Positions 12,187-25,059 of a stretch of 64,000 nt of DNA are shown here, one piece after another. Each line of letters opens with the position of its first letter. Positions within the stretch are counted from its first letter, which is position 1. Under the pieces are notes generated by a model, which had not been told where the DNA came from, made no database searches, and saw only the letters and a list, made by a program, of their open reading frames with translations. Both the position numbers and the translations under genes were made by a program. Origin of the DNA: Octopus sinensis (Eukaryota); the NCBI RefSeq assembly GCF_006345805.1, contig NC_043002.1, positions 90,458,001 through 90,522,000 on the forward strand, given 5' to 3'.

Positions 12187-12284
12187 CATAAGCACGCACA
12201 TAATTTTACTGTGTTGACTGAAATTTTAAATTTGATATCTTTTGATGACTGTTTTTATGTTCTTATATATGTCGGTGACACGTA

Positions 12285-12507
12285 AAAGGCGTTGTGTGTG
12301 TTTATTGAGTGAAAACACCTAAAAGCTCCACGAGGGTCCGGCAGGGGGTGGTGATCCCTGCTGTACTCTTTCACCACTCTTTCTTCTGTTGGCCTGCTCG
12401 CTTAGCCAGCGGGGTGGCGTCATTCGAAGGCTAAAACAATGCGAACGCATTGTGACCAGCGATGTGTAACAGCATCTGATGGTCTGGTCGGAAACGTGAT
12501 CACGTGA

Positions 12508-12510
<3 letters not shown>
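12285..12510 (+). mobile_element. SINE-C, 5'-truncated
   Basis: Matches the reverse complement of 58590-58885; ends in cacgtgat repeats. Confidence 0.85.
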
Positions 12511-12556
<46 letters not shown>

Positions 12557-13085
12557 TGTGTGTGTATATGTATGTGCGTGCGTGCATAAAGTGGGAAGTT
12601 TTTTGTGGATATATTTTTGAATTTATATTTTAATGGGATTTCTTTTCCGAAATTTTCTACTCTTTTTTATTCTTCAGAATATCATGAGATAGATTAAATA
12701 AAAAAGCCAGTGTGTGTGTGTGTGCGTGCACTTGCATGTGTGTGTATGTGCATGCATGCATGTGTGTGCACGTGTGTGTGTGTGTGCATGACAGTTGTGG
12801 TAGAAAGAGATGCTGGGTAAGTGTTGTTGATGCTAATCTGGTGTTAGTGGCAGTATTGATAAATTTCACTTTCTTCTGAAATTTTCCAATTTTTATATTT
12901 CGAAAATAGAATTGGAACAAATAGAAAAAAAATAAGTAAAATAAATAAAATGGACAGAACTGTAATTTCCAGCAATTGTTTGGAACAGAAAAATAACAAA
13001 GCAAAAAAACACGACTGTGAAATGTAAAACATACTTACACACATTCATACATACATATACACACATACAAGCAAATATGTGTGTA

Positions 13086-13116
<31 letters not shown>

Positions 13117-13233
13117 GCACTCATACACATATATTGTATATCTATATGTGTGTGCGTGTGTGTGTATATATATATATATAGTGTTTATACATTTGTATAT
13201 ATATATATATGCACTCATACACGTATATCTATA

Positions 13234-13271
<38 letters not shown>

Positions 13272-13455
13272 GTGTTTATACATTTGTATATATATATATA
13301 TATGTATGTACATGTGTGTGTGTATATACATATATCTATATATATATGTGTGTGTGTATGGTATGTATATATGTGTATATATTTGTGATTGTATGTGTGC
13401 ATGTGTGTGTATGTATAGATAAAGAGAGAGGGAGATAAAAGGTGTGTTTGCATGC

Positions 13456-13490
<35 letters not shown>

Positions 13491-13834
13491 GTGTGTGTGT
13501 GTGTGTGTGTGTGTGTGCATAAAAGACATGATATAGAAGACTAATGGAAAGGTTTGAATATTGATTATTGAGAAAAGTTACCAGAGGAATCAAAATGTTG
13601 GATTATTGGTGGCAGTGATGTTAATGAATGAGAATCATTTGGAAGGGGTAAAAACCATTTCTTCTTCTTCTTCTTCTTCTCTTCTTCTCTTCTTCTTCTT
13701 CAAGTGTTCACAGGAGACAGGAGGACTTTTGTAAATCTGTTGCTATTAATCCGTTCAATACACAAAACTAACAGGTTTGTGAAATCTGTGTTGTTATTTT
13801 TGCTTTTATTGTGACATCAATAGCAGATTATATA

Positions 13835-14560
13835 GGATTAGGTTTATGTGTATGCTTACACAATTATGGGTATATAGGTGTGTATAGTATTTGATTATTT
13901 ATGTGTTTATGTAAGCGTGTATGTTTTTTTTGTGTGTGTGAGTATGTGTATGAGTGTATGTATGTATGTGTATATGTATGTGTATATGTGTGTACAGGTG
14001 TACCGCACACAGTTTTATGTGTATGCATATGTATATGCTACACAGTTATGTATGCTTACATATGTGAATGATGTTTAATTATTTGTATGTGGTATATAAT
14101 TATTTTACGTGTATATGTGTCTATGGTATTCAATTAGTGTATTGGTGTGTACTGTTGTACTGTACACATTTATGTGTGTATATGTATATGCTATGTAGTT
14201 ATGTATGTCTGTATGTGTGTTATCATTGTCATGGTATAATATCTGTTTTCCATGCTGTCATAGGTTGGTATACAATTATGTGTATATATATATGTTTACA
14301 TTACAACAATTATTTATAAGCTTGTGCTTCATAATCATTTATGTGTGTATGGTACATAGTTATGTATGTATATGTGCATGCATCACATTTTGTGTGTGTA
14401 TGTCTATGCAACTCAGTTATGTGTTTATATGTGTAGGCAACAGATCTATGTGTGTATGCTACATAATTATGTGTGTATGTGTCTATGTAACTCAATTATT
14501 TATGTGTGCATATGTGTACACTACACAATTATGTATGTGCACATTTATGTATGTGTGTCT
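13835..14560. repeat. Degenerate TG/TA-rich minisatellite with recurring acac(a)attatg motif
   Basis: Recurring cacagttatg/cacaattatg within TGTA-rich low-complexity sequence. Confidence 0.7.
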
Positions 14561-14720
14561 CTGGTTTTTGATGATGGTTAATATCTCTTACTGATGATGT
14601 TTCTTCACAGTTTTATACATAACTTCTGTGGAAACTTTGTTTGTTTGTTTGTTTACTAGCTCAGTCATTTTTAAGGGTCTCCATGACTGCCAAGGAAGAA
14701 GGAAGGAAGGAAGGAACTTA

Positions 14721-15550
14721 TGAGGTGGTATCAAAAGGTTCCCAGACTAATTATGTTTCATGAAAAATAACTTATTTACTAAGTTTTAACATCATCTCCT
14801 TCAAAATAGTAACTTTGTGCAACAGTACATGGTTCTAGCACTCCTGTCACTTTTGGAATCTGGCCTGGAAGTCATTTTCTATAAGCAAGTCGAGGAACTT
14901 TTGCGATTCCTTCTGAATCAAGACAATGGTGTTAAATAACAACCTTTGACCTGCCTTTTCATCATGAGGAAGAGATAAAAGTCTGCAAGTTTTCGATAAG
15001 AAACTGATGAGTGAAGAGACGTTAGTGAAGAAAACAATTTTTTGCTCTCTACAGATCTGGTTGTTTTGCCAAATTTCATCCCTCAAATGCTTCATAGAAT
15101 AACTTTCAATTGATGGTCTGGCTCTGGGGGACAAATTCTCGATGCACAATACTACATTTCTGGGAGTGATGCTCATGGTACGCCTTCCAGGGATGTTCTT
15201 CCACTTTTGAAGCACCTGTGCCACTTGAAACATTGTGTACGACCCATTGCCTCATCGCTGTAAGCTTGCTGATGCATACTCAGTGTCTTTGTAGCAGACT
15301 TCCAGGGCTTAACGCAAAATTTCACATTGGCTCTTTGTCCCAACTTCCTCTCCATGACAAAACTTACAGACTACAGCATACACATGAACACAAAAACACA
15401 AATTTCACAACTTGCAAAGTAAACACAGTGATATCACTTGACGTACTGCCTCATGAAGGTCACTGCTAGCTTTCACTGCATGTGCAACCATGTGCTGTCA
15501 TCTATTGGTGTGCTACAGAACTAGCTCAGGAACTTTTTGATATCACCTCA
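14721..15550 (-). mobile_element. Internally deleted mariner transposon
   Basis: TIRs tgaggtggtatcaaaaggttccc / ggaactttttgatatcacctca with TA TSDs. Minus-strand N-terminus QRANVKFCVK..KSATKTLSM.QQAYSDEAMGRTQCFKWH..FKSGRTSLE and C-terminal NDFQARFQKW; catalytic region missing. Confidence 0.92.
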
Positions 15551-15719
15551 TATTCTCAGACCAGAGATTTGAACCCTGGTAGGGCCATCTTGGCTGCATC
15601 ATAGCACCCTCCACCACCTGGCAAGTTACTGCCCTGGGCCTTGGGCCTTGTAGTATTTATTTATTGACAGTAAACCATAGCATACATAGATTAGAATTGT
15701 GCCCTAGATCTGTAAGCCC

Positions 15720-16010
15720 CTGGGCAATTATCCAGTCTGCACATGCCTTCAACCGTCACCAGTCCCTGGTCTGAATATTTGCAACTGAAATCGCCCATAT
15801 TTGAATCACAAGGTTCTGTTCAGATGCATGTCCAAAAGCACTGCAAAGGAAGACAGACCAAAAGACCACATAGTTATGAAGCAAACATTTTAACCACAAC
15901 TATTCTTGAACCATCATGTTGCAATCTAGAAGAAATGAGAAGTAAAATCAATTACACAAAAGCTCAGATGTAATATCTGAGAATGTCACACAAATAACTC
16001 CAAAGATCTA
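15720..16010 (+). mobile_element. Possible decayed CR1/L2 ORF2 C-terminal fragment
   Basis: SEY.QL.SP....VQ.H....TK...SYE.....LE resembles LEY...WSP...LE.VQRR.TK...Y.ERL; heavily decayed. Confidence 0.3.
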
Positions 16011-16676
16011 GGTTTCCACGGTGACAATGTCAATAATGATTTCTCACAGTGCGATTAAACCAGAAATTTATTGAGGAGAACGTTAGGTAATTCAGTTAAG
16101 CTCATCCTGTTCCAAATACTTATTTTATAGATGCCGGATGGATAAAAGACTTGTCTTTGAAAGAGGTGGCAGCAGTGGGGAAGGGGTATGTATATATCAG
16201 CATCATCATCACCTTCAAATTTTACATGCCTGCATGGGTCATATACATACATACATACATTCATACATACATACATACATATAATATATATATAGATATA
16301 TATATATATATATATGAAACAATTGTAGTGGCGAATTTAATTTTATTTATTTATATTAAATTTTTTTATGTATTGGATTAAGTCTTTCTTTGTTTGATTT
16401 GCAAAATAGTGGTTTTGTCTCTAATTAATATTATATAATATTTTACTATAAAATTGGATTCAATCCTAAATCTGATTTTTCCCTGTAAATTTGGATTTAT
16501 TCCCTAATATTTATTATTATATATATATATATATATAATTGGTGATTTATTAACTGCTAATGATATATATATATATATATATATATATGTAGAAGGTTGA
16601 AAAGGAACATACAAGTTGATATATATGGAAAAAAGTCAAGGTAGAAAATGCTAAAATAATTTTATAAAAAACATTT

Positions 16677-16712
16677 CAGTACCGGTTTCAGTCATTGAAA
16701 CTTTTTCAACTG
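16677..16712 (-). ncRNA. Minimal hammerhead, U3-A8 core variant
   Basis: CAG TTGAAAA AGTT TCAAT GACT GAAA CCGG TA CTG: all three stems can form, ACCGGT palindrome, GUA triplet. Confidence 0.55.
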
Positions 16713-16872
16713 TAAGTATGGAAAATAATTAAATTTTGGAAAAATTAAAAGAAAAGTTTTTTAAAAGAATATTTGCATAGTTTCAAATACAAGGGGCATT
16801 TTCCTTTTTTCTGCCTGTCCTGTCTCTCTGTTTACTCTTGTGGGTTCAAGGTCGTTGTGAATTTTTGGTAGG

Positions 16873-16907
<35 letters not shown>

Positions 16908-17152
16908 TAATAATAATAATAATAATGCGGGAGTGCCATAATGGTAGTAGGATGGCACTCCCCGCATTCTCCTCCCCCTTCTTCTTCTTCCCTCGCAAAA
17001 CTTCACGACGACCTTGAACCCACAAGAGTAAACAAGAGAGACAGAGACAGGCAGAAAAAAGGAAAATGCCACTTGTTTTTGAATACTATGCAAATATTCT
17101 TTTAAAAACTTTTCTTTTAACTTTTCCAAAATTTAATTGTTTTCCATACTTA

Positions 17153-17188
17153 CTGTTGAAAAAGTCTCAATGACTGAAACCGGTACTG
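17153..17188 (+). ncRNA. Minimal hammerhead, U3-A8 variant (second arm, stem I mismatch)
   Basis: CTG TTGAAAA AGTC TCAAT GACT GAAA CCGG TA CTG. Confidence 0.5.
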
Positions 17189-17325
17189 AAATGTTTTTTA
17201 TAAAATTATTTTAGCATTTTCTACCTTGACTTTTTCCATGTATATATATATATATATTGTAGGTCCGGGTTGAGTCGGGGTTAACCACAGTAAATAAGGT
17301 ACTCAATACATAGCAGAGTAAATTA

Positions 17326-17446
17326 ATTTATTATATAGAAGGAGCTTCTACAGGACTAGAACTGTTATTCAAAAGAAATCATCAGGAAGCTGATGATTTT
17401 TTTTTGAATGAAACAGTTCTAGTCCTGTAGAAGCTCCTTCTATATA

Positions 17447-17452
<6 letters not shown>
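17326..17452. repeat. Near-perfect 127-bp hairpin
   Basis: Outer 41 bp perfectly reverse-complementary; loop gaag; right arm contains CTGATGA...GAAAC. Confidence 0.92.
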
Positions 17453-17477
<25 letters not shown>

Positions 17478-17815
17478 CTTTTTTACTCTTTTACTTGTTA
17501 CAGTCATTAGGCTGCAGCCATGCTGGCCACTGCCTTGAAGATCTTATAGTCAAATGAACTTATTTTTTAAAACCTCGTATTTACTCTATTTATCTTTTTT
17601 GCCTAACCACTAAGTTATGGGGACATAAACAAACCAATACCAGTTGTCACATGGTGGTAGAGGACAAGCACACCACACACACACACATACACATGCATGA
17701 TGGACTTCTTTCTGTTTCTGTCTACCAAATCCACTCACAAGTCAACCCAACGCTATTGTAGAAGACACTTGCCCGAGGTACTACACAGTGGAACAGAACT
17801 CAGAAACACATGGTT
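17478..17815 (-). mobile_element. SINE-A copy
   Basis: Family motifs on the minus strand with an internal (CA)n. Confidence 0.8.
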
Positions 17816-18149
17816 ATATGAATAGAATAAAATCAATTTAATTCACTTTTCCATCTTTGTATGGGTTGAGTGGCTCAAATCAGTTCTTATTTTCACAGTT
17901 ACTAACCTCCTCCATGAATCAGGGATCACATTTCACTTGTGTCATTTTTGGCATAGCATTTATAGTTGGATGCCTTTCTTGCCATTAACCACTTCAGAGA
18001 TGGTAATGGTGGCATTTTATCGAAGTTTCAACACCAGTAAGTTTGACTTGTTCCTGGCAAGGGTAAAAAAGTCCTCTCTACTCTGTGTTGTTTCTGTTTG
18101 TTCAACAACAACAAAGAAGTTGTCTTACAGCAAAATGAAGAATTCCAGA

Positions 18150-18645
18150 GTCCCACTTTTTCCTTGAGTTGTTGTGTATTGATAAGGACAGTTGTGTAAA
18201 GAAGTGCTGAGCTCTAATTGTTGAGGGTACCTGTGGAAGGGGTAGACCCAGGATGATGTGGGACAAAGTGGTGAGAAAGGATCTTCAGATGCTGGGCCTC
18301 ACTGAGGAAATGACAAGGGACTGGGAGACATGGTGATTTGCTGTACTTGATAAGACACATCAAACTAAGTAAAATCCTTGTTCTCCACACATATAGGCTT
18401 GTCCTTCCAGGTGCTGGTGTCACGTAAAAAGCATCCATGCCAGTGCTGCATTAACACACCCATGCAAGTGCTGCATAAATGCACCTATGCCGGTGGCATG
18501 TAAGAAGCACCCATGTCAGTGCTGCGTTAATGCATCCATGCCGGTGGCATGTATAAGGCACTCAGCACACTCTGTCAAGTGGTTGGCATTAGGAAGGGCA
18601 TCCACCTGTAGAAACTAAGCAGACATTAAGTGATGATGATGATGT
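18150..18645 (+). mobile_element. RTE 3' fragment (ORF2 end, short tandem repeats in 3'UTR, (GAT)n tail)
   Basis: gggtacctgtggaaggggtagacccagg (GTCGRGRPR); tail attaagtgatgatgatg. Confidence 0.85.
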
Positions 18646-19454
18646 TTCTATTCATTTTTCTCTTTTCTGCACAACAGGGTGGGGGGAAGAGAGTGAGAGC
18701 AGGCAACTGATAGTGCAGTGAAGGAATAGAACAGGAACAGTAGTGATAGGTGAGGATTGTTTGTAAGGATGTTGGATAAAAGTAATATGTTTAAGAGAGT
18801 GGCAGAAGAGAAGGCAATGACAGAGAATCAGAGTGAGAGGAGTGAGATGGTAATTGGAGGAGGAGGAGAGAGAGGAGGGTTGCGCGCATGGTTAATTATT
18901 GGTAAGGATCTTGAATACAAATAACATGAGCAGCATACAGTGTGACAAAAGAGTGATAGATAGCAATAACGAAAGGTATCATCTTTCTTTATTGCTATCC
19001 ATCACTCTCTCACACATCACTCATCGCTGACAGCCATCATGCTCTCTTTCACTCATCGCTCTTTCTCACTTCAAGTAATTTTTCTTTCCTCCTGTCATTG
19101 TGCTGTCATTTACATCCCCCCCCCCCCACCAATCACACTTTCCATGGTATTAGATTTCAAATTTTTCTTCCCAAACATCAATCACATGCTGTCTCTCTAT
19201 TACTCTATTACTCTCTCATTACCTCTTCGATTTTCTTGTATCACTCTCCCTCTTTTTTGCCTTCGCAGTCATGTTACTGCTACTTAACCATTGTCTGGTG
19301 GTCTGTCGGTCCCTCAAGTTAGAAGGAAGATTGAATATAAACAGAACCATTGAGATGCCTTCCCTTGCTATATAGGCAACAGGATGATGGAGAAGTGGGA
19401 GTTATGTGAATGATAATAGCGACAGACACATTCATAGAAAAAGTTGTGAGATAC

Positions 19455-19900
19455 AGGCGCAGGAGATAGGTGCAGGAGTGGCTGTGTGGTAAGTAGGTTG
19501 CTTACCAACCACATGGTTCCGGGTTCAGTCCCACTGCGTGGCATCTTGGGCAAGTGTCTTCTACTATAGCCTCGGGCCGACCAAAGCCTTGTGAGTGGAT
19601 TTGGTAGACGGAAACTGAAAGAAGCCCGTCGTATATATGTATATATATATATATATGTGTGTGCGTGTATGTTTATGTGTCTGTGTTTGTCCCTCTAGCA
19701 TCGCTTCACAGCCGATGCTGGTGTGTTTATGTCTCCGTCACTTAGCGGTTCGGCAAAAGAGACCGATAGAATAAGTACTGGGCTTGCAAAGAATAAGTCC
19801 CGGGGTCGATCTGCTCGACTAAAAGGCGGTGCTCCAGCATGGCCACAGTCAAATGACTGAAACAAGTAAAAGAGTAAAAGAGTAAAAGAGTAAGAGTATA
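19455..19900 (+). mobile_element. SINE-A, near full length, young
   Basis: tRNA-like head (gtggctgtgtggtaag; ggttcagtccc), CORE-like ttgggcaagtg, internal (TA)/(TG)n, tail (gagtaaaa)n. Confidence 0.92.
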
Positions 19901-19964
19901 CAAACGAGAAAGTAACATAATGAAAAAGTGAGGCCTGAAATTTGATATTATGCAACTCAGTTTT

Positions 19965-20765
19965 GAGTGTGGTCGTGTGGTAAGAAGTTTGCTTACCAAC
20001 TAAATGGTTCTGGATTCAGTCCCACTGTATGGCACATTGGACAAGTGTCTTCTACAAAGGCTTTGGGCCAACCAAAGCCATGTGAATGGATTTAGTAGAT
20101 GGAAACTGAAAGAAGCCTGTCACATAGGCGCAGGAGTGGCTGTGTGGTAAGTAGCTTGCTAACCAACCACATGGTTCCGGGTTCAGTCCCACTGCGTGGC
20201 ATCTTGGGCAAGTGTCTTCTACTATAGCCTCGGGCCGACCAAAGCCTTGTGAGTGGATTTGGTAGACGGAAACTGAAAGAAGCCCGTCGTATATATGTAT
20301 ATATATATATGTGTGTGCGTGTATGTTTATGTGTCTGTGTTTGTCCCTCTAGCATTGCTTGACAACCGATGGTGGTGTGTTTACATCCCCGTCACTTAGC
20401 GGTTCGGCAAAAGAGACCAATAGAATAAGTACTGGGCTTACAAAGAATAAGTCCCGGGGTCGATTTGCTCGACTAAAGGTGGTGCTCCAGCATGGCCACA
20501 GTCAAACGACTGAAACAAGTAAAAGAGTAAAGAGTAAAAGAGTATATATGTATATCTATGTGTGTACCTTTGTGTTTGTGTTTGTCCCCCACTACCACTT
20601 GACAACTGGTGTTGGTGTGTTTACCTTTCTGTAACTTAGCAGTTTGGCAAAAGAGACCAATATAATAAGTGCTAGGCTTAAAAAAAAATTAAAAATTAGT
20701 ACTGGGGTTGATTCAAGGTAGTGCCCCAGTATGGTCATGGTGTAATGACTGAAACAAGTAAAAGA
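19965..20765 (+). mobile_element. Older SINE-A interrupted by a young full-length SINE-A (about 20125-20545)
   Basis: Old 5' half ends gaagcctgtcacata; the young copy is nearly identical to 19469-19890; the old 3' half resumes at about 20546. Confidence 0.85.
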
Positions 20766-20789
20766 CACAATCTAAAAGATCATCACAAA

Positions 20790-21015
20790 TTCTATACCCA
20801 GCATTCCGTTCTTGTATGAGATGGTTGGGTCTCCTCCTGCACTGTGTTTCAGCACATCCTTTTTGACGTTCAGCTTTTTGAGATCAGCCTTCACCAATTC
20901 ATTCCATGTCTTCTTGGTCTCCCTCTTCCAATCCATTTGGGTCACTCAGTACACCTTTATAGAATTTCCATGTGCTACACACATCACATGCCCATACAAA
21001 AGTAGCTTTCTTTAA
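20790..21015 (-). mobile_element. RTE ORF2 C-terminal fragment (decayed)
   Basis: RKLLLYGHVM...RP.KTWNELVKADLKKL. Confidence 0.7.
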
Positions 21016-21036
21016 GCACATTACATTCCTGTTAGT

Positions 21037-21245
21037 AGGAGCATGTGGCTTAGTGGTTAGGGTATTGGACTCATGATTGTAAGACTGTGGTTTCGATTCT
21101 TGGACCGGACAATAAGATGTCTTCTTGAGCTAAAAACTTCAGCTGGCAAAAATGAGTAAGCCCATGATGGACTGGTGTCCCATCCAGGTGGGGAATATAT
21201 ACACTCTGGAAACTGGGAAACCAACTCTATGAGCCTATATACAAA
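21037..21245 (+). mobile_element. SINE-D copy
   Basis: gtggcttagtggttagggt...gtggtttcgattc..ggacc; similar to 48836 and 63643. Confidence 0.8.
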
Positions 21246-21354
21246 TATATGAACATTCCGTGCATATCCAGTTTTAAGTGAGTTATTTGTGCTCTGTTGT
21301 CCAAGCACAGTAACATTACACACCTAGTAGAGTATGTTTGGTTCATTTAAAAAT

Positions 21355-21630
21355 TTTTAAAAAATAATAATAATGAAATTATTGTATACAGTGCTCAGGT
21401 GCACCACAACTTGTCAGAAAGTGCATATAAAGTATATGCAGTATTGTACAAATGTCTGGAAAGTGAACAATGTATGAGTCAGATACATGCTTGTGTGTGT
21501 ATGGAGGGGAGGAAATCAGGTGTAGTGTTGGCGAATCTCAGAAAGCATGGAAGTTTTGAAGGATGCAGCGCTCCGACAACTAACAACTGATGCCGGCAGT
21601 TTGTTCCATGCTTCAGCAACTCTCAGCATG
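21355..21630 (-). mobile_element. CR1/L2-type LINE 3' end with (ATT)n tail
   Basis: Minus: LRVAEAWNKLPASVVSCRSAASFKTSMLSEIRQHYT*. Confidence 0.8.
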
Positions 21631-21904
21631 CACAACTCATCTGCATTCAAATCCTAACTCTCATTGTCATGCACCATCTTACTTTGTACATAAGCATCCT
21701 TCAGTGTAAACTTCACCCTGAGAGAGGAGCTTCCTTTTTTGTTTTATTCTAGGTGAGGTAATAGCTCCCTAAACCTTGCTTTTACTTTGGCAACTATGTC
21801 TTCAGATTCCTCACATCCACTGCTAATAAATTTTTCAAAGCAAAATTATGAAATACTTCTGAGGAACCTAAGAAATTTTATTTTATCTGTTCTGTTACAG
21901 CTAA

Positions 21905-22102
21905 CTGCACTTACTCTTTTACTCTTTTATTTGTTTCAGTCATTTGACTGCGGCCATGCTGGAGTCAACCCCAGGACTTATTCTTTGTAAGCCTAGTACT
22001 TATTCTATCGGTCTCTTTTGCTGAACTGCTAAGTTATGGGGACATAAACACACCAGCATCAGTTGTCTAGCGATGTGGGAGGGGGCAAACACAAATACAT
22101 AA

Positions 22103-22167
<65 letters not shown>

Positions 22168-22365
22168 TATATATATATACATATATACGACGGGCTTCTT
22201 TCAGTTTGCATCTACCAAATCCACTCACAAGGCTTTGATCGGCCTGAGGCCGTGTGTGTGTGTGTGTGTAGAAGACACTTGCCCAAGGTGCCATGCAGTG
22301 GGAATGAATATGGAACCATGTGGTTGGTAAGCAAGCTACTTATCACACAGCCACTCCTGTGCCTA
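21905..22365 (-). mobile_element. SINE-A, near full length
   Basis: Complete family structure on the minus strand. Confidence 0.88.
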
Positions 22366-22671
22366 TAATCTATATTTGAAATATACTTTTCTTACTTAGA
22401 TCACAATAGGTACGCAATATGGAATTCCTATCTACTCCTTGTTTGCATATCAAGCACACTCACTTCAATGAAATCAATAGGGTCCAGTCTTATTTCTTAC
22501 TAACTAAAAGTTTAAATTGAAACCACATGATTTCAAACTTTGCTTCCAAGTTTGGCATTTATTTTCTACTCAGTAGATTCAGCTCTGAGAGTTGGGCCAT
22601 CAGAATACAAGAGTTACCATAAGCAACTGGTCTGAAACATTTCTGTTGTGATCTGGAGAGCTCTGAGACTT

Positions 22672-22976
22672 AGGCCATCAGCATATTAACTGATAAGGGT
22701 TTCAGCTGATCCAGTCAATGGAACAGCTTGTTCGTGAAATTAATGAGAGTATGGCTGAGTACTCCACAGACACATATAACTTTAATGTAGTTCTCAGAAA
22801 GATTCAGCATGACACAGAGTGTGACGAGGCTGGCTCTCTGAAATATAGGTATTACTCATTTTTGCCAGCTAAGTGGATTGGAGCAATGTAAAATAAAACA
22901 ACACATCACCAGGAATTGAACTCATGATTTTACAATTTGGAGCTGAATACCCTAACCACTAAACCATGTGCCTTCC
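22672..22976 (-). mobile_element. SINE with D-type head and alternative 3' body, flanked by a 72-bp direct repeat
   Basis: Body shared with 56890-57085; direct repeats at 22597-22669 and 22977-23049. Confidence 0.75.
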
Positions 22977-23765
22977 CCATAAGCATACAAGAGTTGCTAT
23001 AAGCAGCTGGTCTGAAATTCCTCTGTTATAATCTGGAGGATTCTAAGAAACATGGAAATCTGAACCAAGTTCTGGTGGATGCTTACATGCAAAATTCCTT
23101 ATAGAACTCACTGTTAACTCTTAATTTATTGATGTTATCACTATACATGATTCGCTTGGCTTTCACAATGTACATCATAAATGCATGCATGCACGCACAC
23201 ACACAAAATAACCAAGCATATAAAACTGTACCTCTATAGTAACTGTATTAATAGGCATATCTGAATATACATAAGATATTTTAGCAACATATGTTGCAAA
23301 TACAATAAAAACTCAAATATACATGTGTGTATGTGTGTGTGTGTGTATGTGTGTGTATGTGTGTATGTGTGTAAAAACTTATATAGATTGATATTTATGC
23401 GTGCATATATAGCCCGTTTCTTTAATAAATTTCCTTTCAAAAAAAAAAAAAGAAAAAAATCAATGTGCGAAACGATAAATCTTTAATTTCAGAGTTAATT
23501 CGTTACTTATTGACTAAATATTGAGATTTTAGTTTAGCCAATCCATCATAGCATCGACTTCAGTAATTTTTTTTTTTGTCACTCACATAAAAAGGAATGA
23601 AGAAATATATGTAAATAATTATGTATGTGACTCTGTGTCAGTTATTATTTTTTTTGTTTAGTTGTTTTTCAAATATAATTTCACACACACATACACACAC
23701 ACACACCTTCAAATCAAAATCAAAGTCTTCATAAAAATTACAAACACAAAAGAATGTGTGTGTGC

Positions 23766-23816
<51 letters not shown>

Positions 23817-23887
23817 TTTGTATGATGTGTGTGTATAAATATATATATCTTTGTATGATGTGTGTGTGTATATATATATAATATATA

Positions 23888-23928
<41 letters not shown>

Positions 23929-24352
23929 TATATACCATATACACCACACACTTTTGTATGTATAAAGTTATTTTATGTTTTCATCAAAAGGAAGAAATAG
24001 CTCAGACATATGGTTCATTTATATTTTGATTTATTCTTATCTAAATTGTCAAAAGTTCTATTGCTCTTAGGTCATCATTCTTTCAGAGTTTAAAGTTAAA
24101 TTAGTTATTTGTTTGTATGCGGGTGTGTTTCTTCATATTATTCTAGGGCTTTTATTAAACTAAAAAAAAACAAAACAACAACAAAAAACCCCATCAAAAC
24201 AATGTAAGAATAAAAACTGGAAATGATTTTCTTTTTGTCTCCCCTCTCTATTAATGGGTAGAATGATCACATAGATATCGAGTGCCATCATGTGTGAGAA
24301 TAATTGAGTTGTGAACAATATATAGAATTCTATTTATTTATTCATTGACTAG

Positions 24353-24384
24353 CTGCAAGTCAATAGAGGTTAGGTCTCCTTCAG
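24353..24384 (+). CDS. Candidate 32-nt internal exon (CKSIEVRSPS)
   Basis: ttcattgactag acceptor, consensus CAG|gtgagt donor, only one stop-free frame. Confidence 0.4.
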
Positions 24385-24842
24385 GTGAGTTACTTTCTAT
24401 CTACTTTCTACTTATCTTGGATATTTATAAAATATCAAACTCACACACACACACACAAACGCATGCAGAGTAACCATATACTATAAAATGGAAGATCTGC
24501 CTTCATTAAAATATATGCTACCTTCACTGGAGATTTTCTCTGCTGCATTATTCCATTCCATTATTTCTAAATTGTTATGCATAGATAAGCCCTATCGTCA
24601 CAATATTTCAAGTGATTAGAAACTGTCTATTTCTTTCAGTTTATATTTAATATACTCTAGATTTTGACAGCTTTAGTAAAGTATATTTTAACTTTATATA
24701 TTGGTGTATGCATGAGAATATATTTATGTGTATGGGTATGTATATATGTGTATGTATGTGTGTGTGTGTGTGTGTGTGTTTGAAGGGATATATTATCTAG
24801 ACAGATAATGTGGTGCCTCTCAGTTAAGTTCCATGTATATAT

Positions 24843-24885
<43 letters not shown>

Positions 24886-25059
24886 TAAGTAGTGTAATTT
24901 CAGTGAAGCAATGTATGATATTTAAAGTTAAAATTATTCCAATGCCAATAGAATGTAAATTGAAATATTGGATGAAAATAAAGGAAGGAAGACTGAGCAA
25001 CTATTACGCTTCACTTTATATTTCCATATTTCAGACTAACATCACTTCATAACAAGAAA

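Larger units (their letters stand above)
16624..17240. mobile_element. 620-bp fold-back palindrome of a PLE-like terminal segment
   Basis: Arms of about 300 bp, loop aatggtagtagg; each arm carries a hammerhead-like motif; (AAT)n in one arm faces (AAG)n in the other. Confidence 0.85.

Noticed and set aside
14590-14636. CTGATGA...GAAAC hammerhead candidate
   Set aside because: Seven unpaired bases follow the core and no stem I or stem III can form.
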